Of a stretch of 64,000 nt of DNA, positions 1-11,070 are shown one piece after another. A program made the position numbers and the translations under genes. Below the pieces are notes generated by a model. The model worked only from the letters and a program-made list of their open reading frames with translations. It was not told the origin of the DNA and made no database searches. How positions within the stretch are numbered: the first letter of the stretch is position 1; each line of letters begins with the position of its first letter. The stretch spans positions 8,767,190 to 8,831,189 of the forward strand of contig CAJINV010000004.1 in NCBI GenBank assembly GCA_905178155.1, written 5' to 3'. The DNA comes from Amoebophrya sp. A120. Its lineage: Eukaryota; Protista; Dinoflagellata.

Positions 1-2
1 CG

Positions 3-3000
3 ACTCTTCCTTCGCCGAGAAGGGCACGGCACGCAGAGAAGACGGTGGAAAATGTGGTCGTGCTTGGTGAAAACAATATGTACAACCCGAGTTTCGTCCC
101 AACGATCACAGATACAACACCGAAAAGAAGTAGTAATAAAAGTCCTTTAACAAGAAGTGCGACAACCGCGACAAATGACCCCTGGTACCAGCGGCTACCC
201 CACCTCGCCCAGGGCTTCACGAGGCTCCTGGAAACCTCCGGACTGTACTTTCTTCAAACCAACGGCGGAAGGAGCGAGAAAGAGCACCAAGGACGGCGTC
301 GCCTTCATACAATAGAGCGTCGCAACGAACATGAAGAAAAGATGAACCACGACCACACCACTAGTACCTGCAGTGACACCATCCTGCAGGACCTCCGCGC
401 AGCGATTTCGCAACTGGAAGCGGAAACGGAGGACCACCGGCAGGCCGTCGCGAAGGGGGAGGAGGAGTGCAAAACGGAGAAGTCGATTGAAAATGACGAA
501 GCAGACGAAAAGCGCGAACAGGTCAGCGCAAACGAGCAGCAAATCGCCACCGCGGAGACGAAGACGCAGCAGTTAGTGAATAAGAGAGACACGATCCTCG
601 ACGATTTGAAGTCGACAGCGGAAGGGTTGAAGAATTCCCGGAAGACGTGCAAGAAAAAGGCGGAGGAATCTGCGGCATTAATCGAGAAGTTGACCGAAGA
701 GCGGAACCAATGTCTCCAAAACGCGGCGTTGACCGTCGCGGAGCAGAAACCGGTGCCGAAGGAGAAGTTAGTAATCCACGACTGCGAAGTTTCCGGTTGG
801 TCGGACGCTTTGAAGGTCGAATTTTGCGAATGCACGGAGGCGGACTATCGAGTGAAAAAAACCAAACACTACCCGGCGAAGCGACAAATCACCGTCCACC
901 CAACGGCAACCTACGGCGTTGCCTGCCCGGTCTTAACCGAGAACCGGGACTGCGGCAACGGGCCCTGTTTAAGACCGGTGGACTGCAAGTTGTCCGATTG
1001 GACGCCGTGGGACAGCTGCTCCGTAGATTGCGGGGGCGGGGTCAAATCCCGGTCCCGGGAAGTCGTCCGCGAGCCGGAGCACGGCGGTGCGGATTGCGTC
1101 GGGGTCTTATCCGAACAAGACCAGTGCAACTTGCAAGCGTGCGAACCGGCGACGGTCGATAGTGCAGCAGCTTCACCCGATTCTTCTACTTCCGAGCCGG
1201 ACGCGGCCGCGCCGGCGGAGCCAGAGCCTGTGGCGGTGGTCGAGCCCCCGCAGACCCCGCCTACTTCCCCCAGTTCGTCCAAGAGCGCTGCAACACCAGC
1301 ACCAGCAGGCGGGAAGGCTGGTAACGCCGCTGCTCGGAGCAGAACCGCTGGTGGAGGAGGTGGTCGTGGGGGTCGGGCCGGCGGCGGCGGTCGCGGCAGA
1401 GGAGGCGGTGGAGGTTCCGCGGGCGGCGCGATTCCCTGTCCGCTGTCCACCTGGTCGAAGTATTCCACCTGCTCGCAGTCTATCAAATGCAAAAGTGTCT
1501 GGGTCTGGAAGAGTGCGCGACTTGTCATGCAGATTTTCCATGATCCATGTCAGCTGGAATGCAGGACCTAGCATGACAGATTCTGTGGGATGATCCCTAT
1601 CGTGCCTACCCTGCATGAGAAACTTCCTCTCAACTTCGTCAAAAATGGACAACTTTTGGCATTTATGCAACGCAGATTTTTGCATGATCCAGAATTAGCA
1701 TTAGAAGTTGCAACCTTCCAGACCCAGGCACATTTGCCTTTGATACAATCCTGCATGGTCCAAAACAGCAAAGTGAAGCCGTATCAAGAGTCGAGGAAGA
1801 CCTGGATTGGGTTTAAAACCCTCTTGGAACAAGCACGCGAAACTACAGCTACCTATGCCCCGTTCTCCGGCGTTTTGACGCCCGAAGCAGCGACAAAGCT
1901 GCCGTCCTTCTGCAAAGCGGTCGATTGGAACGGAAAGCAAGCCGTGGAGTTAAAGGACTGTAACGAGGACAACCTCTGCCCGAAAGACGTTGCCTGTGCC
2001 GCGAGCGTTGCCGAGAATGCGGGCGACGTGCTGCTCATTCTGGATGGGACGGGAAAGGGGGAAAGCGAAATCGCGGCGCAGCGGAAAATCGCGAAACTTT
2101 TCGTCCAAAAACTGTTGAATAAAAGGAATCCAACTGTGAAAACGAATCTCTTGCAGCTGGATGACGCGGACTTTGCCTCTAGTGAAATTGCCGAACAAAC
2201 ACCGACTCCTTCTGAGGACGACTACAACCTAGAAAAGCAGGTTCGGGTCGGCGTGTTGCAGTTCACGAAGGCCGGAACTAGCGTTTTAAACGGGCCAGAA
2301 GCGGTAGTGACCAGTGATGCGGAAAACATTTCATCGGCTTTCGACACTAGTAATACAACAGGTGGCGGTGCCAACTGGACCTTCTACGGCATATCAAATG
2401 CAAAAATGTCTGGGTCTGGAAGATTCTGAGATTTGTCATGCATGTTTTGCATGACCCAGGATGTCTGTAATGCACGACCTAGCATCTCATATTTTTAGAG
2501 GGCTTCCTGATGCCTACTCCGCATGACAAACGCCCTCCCCGCGTAGCACCAACTAGACTCCTCTTGCTGGTCATACAATACAGATTTTTTTAGAGTCCAA
2601 AGTTAGCATCACAAGTTCCACTCTTCCAGAGCCAGACACTTTTGCATTTGATACGGCACTGCGCCTAACCAGAAGGACGCGCCGGGGAGTTTCGCAGTGA
2701 CGCTGGCGGAGGAAGTGCTGACGCATTTCTACGCTGTGGGATTCGCGAATGCTACGAAAGACGTGGGCGACACGGAGAAAGAAAAGGCGGCGGAATTACC
2801 GTATTATTTTAATCTAGAGTTCAGTTTCCTATTGCAGTATGCGGTTGGTCACAGGTAAAAATGAGATTGTATGTGCATGTTTATATGCTGTCCACTGCAA
2901 ATGAACTACCTTTGATAAAATCACAGCGCAATGCAAGCTGTCCCGAAGCTGGTAGAGAACGCGACAAAATCCGTTCGTGCGGTGGAAACCGCCCGACGGA

Positions 3001-3896
3001 ATTTGGATAACTCCAACTCGGGTCAGGAATCTTTTGCGAAGCTCTTTTCCGCAGAATACGGCGGGTCCGCGATCAGCACAGCTTCGCTCTTCTTGCAGGA
3101 GAAGACCGTGAACAACCGGCGGCGACATCGACTGTTGTATTTGCTGAAGAATAAGCTTCGGTTGCGGCAATCGCACAAGAGCAGGAGGAACAAGTTAAAT
3201 ACAGTGCGCAGAACAAATAAGCAAGAGATGAAGTGGTGGTCCAAGCAGAAGCACAAGACCCTCAGCATGATGGTCAGCAAAATGAAAAACGCAACTAGCA
3301 ACACGACCGAAGTCGTAGGAGCGAACCAAACGCAGAAAATCAAGCCGTCTGCAGCTCCTGCAATAGAACCTCCGAAGGTCCGCCGCAAAACGATCATTCT
3401 CTTCCTTTCCGAGCAGCCGAGCGGTGTTGCGAAGCTGACAAAGTCTCTGCAACAGCTGAAGCAAAAGGGCTTCCGGGTTTTGATCCTGCACAAGAAGCAC
3501 GAGCGCCCAACGGCTCCCTTCGAAGCGGATCGGGAGGACGCCAATTTAGGGACGACGGTGGACGGGCTGCACACGTCAGAATTTGCGCATTTTGATGCCG
3601 GGGATGCGGGGATGCTGAACAACGTAGATGACGATTACAACGCCGGATTACTGCCGTACCTGTTTCTGCAGCAAGGTACGACGAGTGCAACATCATCAAA
3701 AGCGACCGCTACTTCCGCGTCGGCAGATTTAATATTTTCCAGAAGAACATCCGCGGCCTCTTCAGGTTTCCTGTGCAAGTCCGCGTCTTTTCCTTGTGCC
3801 AGTAACACGGCTCAGGTCAAGAGTTGGGAGGACGCGTTACTGAAGCCACAAGTCGTCCAGCAGCTAGTCGCGGGAGCGTGTCCGATTTTGGTGTGA
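3..3896 (+). CDS. 5'-partial gene for a coiled-coil + thrombospondin type-1 repeat + vWA-like adhesin-like protein; introns ~1481-1750, ~2392-2658 (non-canonical) and 2801-2926 (GT-AG)
   Basis: TSP1 motifs (DCKLSDWTPWDSCSVDCGGGVKSRSR; WSKYSTCSQSC after removing element 1). Pro/Ala/Gly-rich linker. vWA-like strands DVLLILDGTG, VRVGVLQF, RKTIILFLSE, QQLKQKGFRVLIL. Frame is open to the window edge; stop TGA ends at 3896. Confidence 0.8.
1481..1745. mobile_element. TIR introner, family A
   Basis: TATCAAATGCAAAAGTGTCTGGGTCTGGAAG ... CTTCCAGACCCAGGCACATTTGCCTTTGATA; flanks CAGTC/CAATC; removal restores CSQSC. Confidence 0.9.
2392..2653. mobile_element. TIR introner, family A
   Basis: About 30-bp TIR; perfect 5-bp direct repeat CGGCA; frame restored. 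Confidence 0.92.
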
Positions 3897-4434
3897 TAAA
3901 ATGGCCTCGTCTGCATGAACTTGGAGGTTTGTTGTTTTTTCCCAAGATAAGGTCCTTTTCTTTTCCATAGAATCCACTTACTACAGGAAGTATGCGTTCT
4001 CACCCAACGCAGACGCCGTTTTCTTTCTCGTCGGGTTTATTCGTGTTTTTACTTTTCAAAAAATCTACTTCTGCTTCTTCGTTTCAGCATCGCATGAGAG
4101 AAAGTGAAGTCAAAAACATCACGTTTTCGCGTAGAGTTATGTGGAACAAAACAAAGTGGGCCGGAGCGATTCAAATAGGAAAACGTTTTTCGGAGGGGCG
4201 CAAGTGAGGTCCATTTTTCTGCTTTCGACTGCTCATCTGCGTCAATGTTTTTACTTACAACAAAGCAAAAGATTTTTACTATTGCTCATACTTGCTTCTC
4301 GGTGCGGCAGTACTAGACACGCTTTATTTGGCCGATTCTCTTTTCTGAACCCAAGCTAACCATGTGACTGCTGGTGCTTTGGGTGAAGATTGGCCGCTTT
4401 ACCAAGACCGGAAGTACAATCACCCACGCTCAAC

Positions 4435-7400
4435 ATGCCTCCAAAAGAGGGCGACCGGATCCTGCCCATGAAGGGGCAGGACCGGCTGCGGGTCCGGTTC
4501 GGGAACAGCGCCCCGCGGAAGGTGATCTTCCCGCCGACCGCCCCGAAAATGGCCTTGCTGCACGAATCCCCCGCGGAGTTGTCGCTGAAGCACGTGCACG
4601 GGTTTTCGGGGACGAATAACGGCCTGCATTTTGTCGGGGAAAAGGAATTGGTCTACCCGTGCAGCGGGGTCGTGGTCCTGGACGAGGTGACCGGTTTGCC
4701 ACTTTGCAGTCACACGCACGAAGACCAGAAGCAGAACGCCGGGAACAAGTTGGGCTTTGTGCAGAATTCCGGCCGAGACAACAGCAACGTGGATCCGCGG
4801 GTAGTTTTAGCCGCTGGTACTTTCCCATCTTCTTCACAAGCCTCCCCTACTAAAGCCGCCAAACCGCACCCGTCGGAACAGCGGGTTTTCTTCGGGCACA
4901 GCACGGAAGTCACCTGCGTGGACTACAACCACACGAAGCGCGTCATCGCCTCCGGGCAGCGCGACCCGAAGGGGCCCGGGAAACCCTTTGTCTGCGTGTG
5001 GCGGGCGGCCGACATGATGCTGATCTCCGTGTTGGTGTATCACGAAGCGCAGATTACCTGCGTCGGGATCGCGCCCAAGGGCGACTTTCTCTTTACCATG
5101 GGCCGCGACGACGCGAACACGGTTGCCGTCTGGGCCGCGGGGCAGTTCTTGCCCGAGGGGAGCGAGCGGGCGAGGGGGTTCGACGCGCAACGAGAAGCCG
5201 TGGTGCATCGCGCGCCCGTCAAAATCGCGGCCAGCGGGAAAGTGCCATCGTAAGTACTTAATATTTTTCTTGGTTATAATGTAATATCAAGTCAAGTAAC
5301 ATAAGAAACTGGTTCTGTCCATGCAAGATTGCTTCCCAAAAATATTTATCAAAAATCTACTCAACATCCCTAGGTTCTGCTGCACGGTTTCTTTTCTTGC
5401 CGCCCCCTTCATGTTTGCCACCTTTGACACCGGCGGGTTCGGCCGGGGGATCCTGAAAGTCTGGCGGTTCCGCCCGCGGTTGCACACGCGGCACGGGGAC
5501 CAAGACCCGACATTGAACGGAAAGGACTGCGTCATCGCTGGTTCGGTGCGGGCGATTACCGCTGCGGCGTTCACCCTGGAGCAGAACCTCCTTCTTGCCT
5601 GCGGCGACAACGGCATTCTCTACGTCTACGAGGGAACGAGCATAAAACGCACCATTTCTATCGTGTCCAACTGCGCCTTGACCGCGGTGCTCGATCTCTG
5701 CATGCCGGAGCTCGGGTTTCTGGCCGCCTCTGCGGACGGGTGTTTGCACCTGATCGAGGCATATCCAGTGCAAATTATATGTCTGGGTCTGGAAACTTGT
5801 GATGCAAGTCCGTGAACAATAACAGTGCTCTGTAATGCGCCGCGAAGCATGACAATTTTTGTTCGTGCTTCTGTGCTGCGTATTTCGCATGAGAAACTGC
5901 GCTTTTGCATGACAGGCAAGCGGACGTCTTGGTGGCCGCGCAATACAGAGTGCAGAATCATGCCAGACTGGCATGACAAATCTCGCGATCTTTCAGAGCC
6001 AGACATACTTGCAATGCATAAGGCACGCGCGGTGACAGAGATGGACTCGGAGGACGTGGTAGAGACGCTTCCGGTAAACAGACTAGCCGGCCCGGACCAT
6101 AACCCGAACTTGGTGAGGTTACTGTGTTCCACCTCGGTCCCCGTCGCCAGGTGCTTTTCCATCGCGAAAGCGAACCCCAAGCACCACCACCACCACCATC
6201 ACGGAGATCATTCAGGCGGTGGGAACAAGGACGGGAAAGTGTTGTCGGCCGGGGAACAAGCTGCAGCTGCTGCTGCCGGCAAATCCAAAAAAGGTCTGTC
6301 CACCGCCGCGTCACAGCGGTCCGCGACGGCCTCCCGGATCGCTAGCTACGTGTCGCAAATGTCCGGAGGCGGTTCGAAAACCGCCAGCGGGGAAGAAACC
6401 GGCTCGAAGTCGGGTGCTGAATCCGCGTTGAAGTCGAAATCTCGGGCCTCCAACGGGCAAAGTCGCGCGTCCGGATCGAAATCGTCCACCAAGAAAGACG
6501 GGGACGAGGAGGAAAACAAGTCGAAGAAGGGCAGTCAGAAGACCGTGGACAGCAGCCAGGCCGACAAGATCGAGTCCATGGTCGCGCAACTCCAGGGACA
6601 AATGATCGGGCACCGGGTGGCGATCGGGTGTCAGGACAGCACGGTTTTTGTGGTCGACCTGCTCCAGAAGAAGGTCCTGGAAGTGGTCCAATCCGGCCAC
6701 AAGTCCGCGGTCGCGGCGATGGCCCGACAGGGAAACTTGGTTGCGACCGGGAGCAGTGGCGGGGATTTGCGGTTTTGGAATCTGAAGGAACCGAGGGCGC
6801 CGCTGATCGGGCGGGTGATCCACTTTTCCGCGGTGGAGCGGGATGACGGAAATAAAATCAAGCCGAAAACGAAGGAAGAGGTACAGCCTTACGCTACCTT
6901 CCAAGGCATGTACGCAGATAACAAGAAAAAATTTAACCCGCAGAGCAGAGTTGGCGGTTCTTTTGGGCAACAGCCGCAACAGCTGCAGCCAGACCCGCGC
7001 GTGACGAGGGGAGACCCGTTGAGCCACAACTACTTTGTAGTGGACGTCGATGCAGCAAACGGGGCGGGGATGGCTGACGCGAGAAAGTTGTTCGCTTCGA
7101 CGGTCGGAAAGCAGGTTAATTTGGTGTACCCGGAAATAAACAGGCCAGGCGATAATTTCGCCGGTCCGTCCTATTCCGACCAGGAGATTTTGAATTACAA
7201 CAATTACGGGGGGCAGCGAGGAAGCAACAAAGCTGCACAACAAGGCAACGGCCAGAACCTTTCCCAGCTTCTCCAGTCGAACAGCAACCTGTCCGATCGG
7301 TTGAGCCGCGAAAAAAACCAGTTCACAGAAGAAGCGGACCCAACGCTCGCGAACAAGCGGCTAATGCAACCCGCCGGGATCGCGAGCTTGGTATGCTCTG

Positions 7401-10292
7401 CAAAAGTATCGTACTCGTATGAATTGCAGTCATGCATGACAAATGTGACTGTCTACCTTATCCAGCATGACAAATTGCATTTTTCATCTTGGAAAAATTT
7501 GTAATGCAATCTATACTAGTACGATGCTTTTACTATGCATACTTGGCCTTCGCGGACAACTATCTCGCCATCGGGTTTGAGGACGGGTTTCTGCGGATTC
7601 TAGACTTCCCCGGGCTACAGCCGGTGGACATGCGACCCCTGGCGGAAGAGCGGATCTCCTGCTTGCAGTTCTCGCCCGATCAGAGGCTGCTCGTCGCCGG
7701 TTCGTTTGACCAGATGGTCTACGTGCTGGAAGTAGTGGACAATAATTTTATTCAGGATGTTGCTGACGCAGAGAATCTGTCCTTGTCAGTCGTCCCTACA
7801 CCGTCGAGGAGTAGTTTTTCGAAAAGGAACAACAACAGAGCTGCAAACCAGACGAGAATCCGTGTGCTCGCCGCTCTCTCCGGGAACACGTCGTCTGTCT
7901 TGAAGGTGGGAATTTCACTGGACAATTCCATCCTCATGTCCAACGGCGCCGACGGCTCTCTCCTCTACTACGACTTGCGAACGTTTGAGCGCTACGGAAA
8001 GATGCGGGACTTTCGGGATGTGCAGTTTAACGTGGCGATGGCGCAATCCTGGGCGACGCAGGGGATCTGGGCCAGTCAGCACCACTGGAACTCGCTCTCG
8101 CTGAATTGCGTGGATAGCTGTATAGAGAATTATTTTCATTCGTAAAGATAAAGAATAACGTAGACGTACTTGATGGCGCTTGTCGTGTTGGTAAAACTTA
8201 CGCATCATGAGAGACTGTGATTTTGTTTTTGCGTCCTTCTTCGCATGACAAATTGGAAAAAATCAATCTTCTATCAGTTTCCGATCTCTGCGTCACCGGT
8301 GACGACGACGACATGGTGAAACTTTTTCCCTACCCTGCCACCTTCGAAAACACGACCGCGAAAGATTTTTCGGGCCACGCGGGGCAGGTTCTGCAGGCCT
8401 TGATTTGGCAAGACGAGGATGACAGAGCGGCGATGAACAAAGGTGGCATAGTTTCAGCGGATGTAGTAGTTAACGGTATCAACGGAATAAATGGCCCGAA
8501 CTCCGCGCACGAAGATAAGGAGCAGATCCGGTCGAGGGGAAACCCGGACAAAATCGGCGCGGTCGACCGTACCCGGAAGCCCGGCCAGCCGATCACCACG
8601 AGTACTATCGCCGGGAAGTCTTCGTCGTCGCAAAAAAATATCAAATGCAAAAATGTCTGGGTCTGGAAGATTGCTATGTTTGTCATGCACATTTTGCATG
8701 AGTCGTGATGCCTGTGATGTATGCCCCAGCATCACAAAATTTTGCGGGCATCTTGATGCCTATCCCGCATGAGAAATCCTCTCTCCGCGGAGCAAAAACT
8801 GGACGCCTCTTGCTGCTCATGCAATACAGGTTTTTTTGGATTCCAAAAATAGCATCACAAGTTGCATTCTTCCAGACCCAGACATTTTTGCAATACATAA
8901 AAAACAAGGCCAGGCAACTCGCCGCCGCGAAGCAGGAGCAACAGGTGCAGGGTGTGACTGGCGCGTCCATGAACGCGACCAAACAGGACCCGAGGATCCG
9001 GGTTCTTACTGCGGACAGCAACGGCGCGATCTTCGAGTGGGAAGTGTTCACCGCGCCCATGCTGCGGGACAAGCACGTCGTGCACCACATTCAGAACAAC
9101 GACCGACAGAAGTACCCGTGGGTGGATAAAGCGTGGGTGAAAGCGGAGATTCTGCGGAGGAGAAAGGAGTTGGAATCCATGCAGAGCAACCGGTATCACA
9201 TTGATGCAAAACAAGGATCGTGCTCGTAGCAAAAATTGCCGTGTAATGCATGATAAATCTAAACTTTGACTTTCTAGCTGATCTAGCATGACAGTCTCCA
9301 TTCTTTTTCTTCGGATATAAGTTTGTGAAATGCAATTTGTACTACTTTCTTACTTGCGCGATACATAGGGCTTTTTGCAATGCATAGCTGGCTAGTCACC
9401 GTCACCAGGGAAGAGTTGCGGAATATCGAAAGGAAAGATCCCCCCTCCCCATATCAAAACGGAATTTCTGATGCTGGATTTGTGTACACATATCAGGTCT
9501 GTATTGCAGAGAGGCACTGCGGCCAGATCCCCAGGCTAGGTAGGGGCGTATGGGTCTTGTTGTTCAGCATGGCAAGCGGGTCACTGTTAGGGCCAACAGC
9601 ATGGCAAATCGCTTCCATAGTGGGGCCGAAGCTTCTGCCCTTGTCTTCTTGCTAGACAGATGTGATTTGTGGCCTCAAATCCGCAACACAAATTTTTGGA
9701 AACATGCCTTTTCGATATGGGGAGGGGGAATTTTTACTTTTGATACGGAAAAAGTGGAATGGGTTCGACACGAAGCGGTACCCCCTGTACGAGCCCCCGT
9801 GGGCGTATGGCGTTCTCAAACATTACATTCTCAACTGTTACATGAATTTGTCATGCAAAAATACCATCATTATCCACACGATAAAGCTGCTTTGCATGAC
9901 AAATATGCGAAGGGCTAGACAGCGCCGAAATCTGTGCGGAATTTTTAATGCTACAGGTGCAACCTCCCCCCTTTGACTTTTGCCATTCTTGCATTACAAA
10001 TTCATGGAACGGTTGAGAGTGTAACGTTTGATAACGCCATAGAGCGCGGTGGCAGGATTTCCAACCCAACAACGAGCAGCGAAACATGATTCGACTACCA
10101 CCACAGCCAGGGTCACCGTCGATGACTTTGACCCGCTTGGAGAAAAAGATCGCGAAACTCCCGTCGGAGCAGCCGCACGCCGGCCCGGCCCGACCGCCGT
10201 GGGCGATATTGCAGGACCCGGCACCGAAGGAGCGCTTCGCGGACGCGGGGTGGAAAACGGCAAATCCCTGGGACTGGCATGGGGAAAAGTGA
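4435..10292 (+). CDS. Echinoderm microtubule-associated protein-like (EML/HELP-WD40) protein, about 9 exons
   Basis: LSLKHVHGFSG (HELP-like), FFGHSTEVTCVDY, multiple WD repeats, DLCVTGDDDDMVKLFPYPA...FSGHAGQV typical of EML. The frame joins across GT-AG introns 5250-5373 and 8120-8277 and six TIR elements. The 3' end at 10292 is uncertain. Confidence 0.8.
5762..6020. mobile_element. TIR introner, family A, reverse orientation relative to 17152-17404
   Basis: TATCCAGTGCAA..TCTGGGTCTGGAA ... TTGCAATGCATA; direct repeat AGGCA; frame restored (LIEARAV). Confidence 0.92.
7392..7541. mobile_element. Short TIR introner, distinct family
   Basis: TATGCTCTGCAAAAGTATCGTACT ... AGTACGATGCTTTTACTATGCATA; direct repeat CTTGG; restores the WD strand IASLAFADNYL. 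Confidence 0.88.
8639..8899. mobile_element. TIR introner, family A
   Basis: Family A TIR; direct repeat AAAAA; internally similar to the 2392 and 12065 copies. Confidence 0.9.
9194..9386. mobile_element. Degenerate introner now bounded by GT...AG (9193-9387)
   Basis: TATCACATTGATGCAAAA ... TTTTGCAATGCATA; flanks ACCGG/GCTGG have diverged. Confidence 0.65.
9424..9745. mobile_element. TIR introner, poly-C/poly-G family
   Basis: TATCGAAAGGAAAGATCCCCCCTCCCCATATC ... GATATGGGGAGGGGGAATTTTTACTTTTGATA; direct repeat CGGAA. Confidence 0.9.
9806..10041. mobile_element. Long-TIR (~50 bp) introner, distinct family
   Basis: TATGGCGTTCTCAAACATTACATTCTCAAC ... GTTGAGAGTGTAACGTTTGATAACGCCATA; flanks GGGCG/GAGCG. 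Confidence 0.9.
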
Positions 10293-11070
10293 GTACTTGC
10301 TTAGGGACAAAAGGTTTGGACTGCATTGGCATAAATAGTAAGTACAGTTTTATCGCAAGAACCGGTCCTCTTCTCCCAGGATGCGTGCGTGCCCCTCTGG
10401 TTCTCGTCTCTTCTTGAGGTACTTACTTAGGCTAGTCGCGTTCTGTTGTGAAGAAGGAAGATGCTTCTCCAACAAAAGTCTCGTGAAGATGCGCAATCGA
10501 TTCCGCTCCAGATAGATGACGCGGTGCGAGTACAACTTACTACTGCCACACCACGGTAGTTTCATCCAGGTGAAGATGATAGATGAAAATTTTCTGTTCG
10601 CCGATAGTACAGAGATCCTATCATCATGGTCAGCGACCTCCATCTATGGATGCAAGAACTCGTTTTCTTGCTCAGGGCAAGAACTTGTGGTGCTCATGGT
10701 TGTACATTCGTATGCTGGAAGAACAAACCATAACCACTTTCAAACCATTACCCTTATCGTACAGCGATAGTAGGAGTATAGTAAATGTTCGTTGTAGTAC
10801 AACATACGAAGTTATAAAAAGCAAAGTGGACAACTATCGAAGTAGGTTTTTTATAACAAGAGCAAAACTGCGCTTTTCTCTTCACCCAGACAATTTTTCA
10901 AATCGGATTGAATCGCTTGACCGGATAAAGATAATTCCCTCAAAAATAACATCTCGGTAAAAATAATAATTATCGTCCATGTTCCTGTGGCTGTGCGCCA
11001 GCGCATCGGGAATTCATTTTTGTGTGTAGAATCGACTTGAGGTGCTATTTACAACAGCAACAGAACCACG

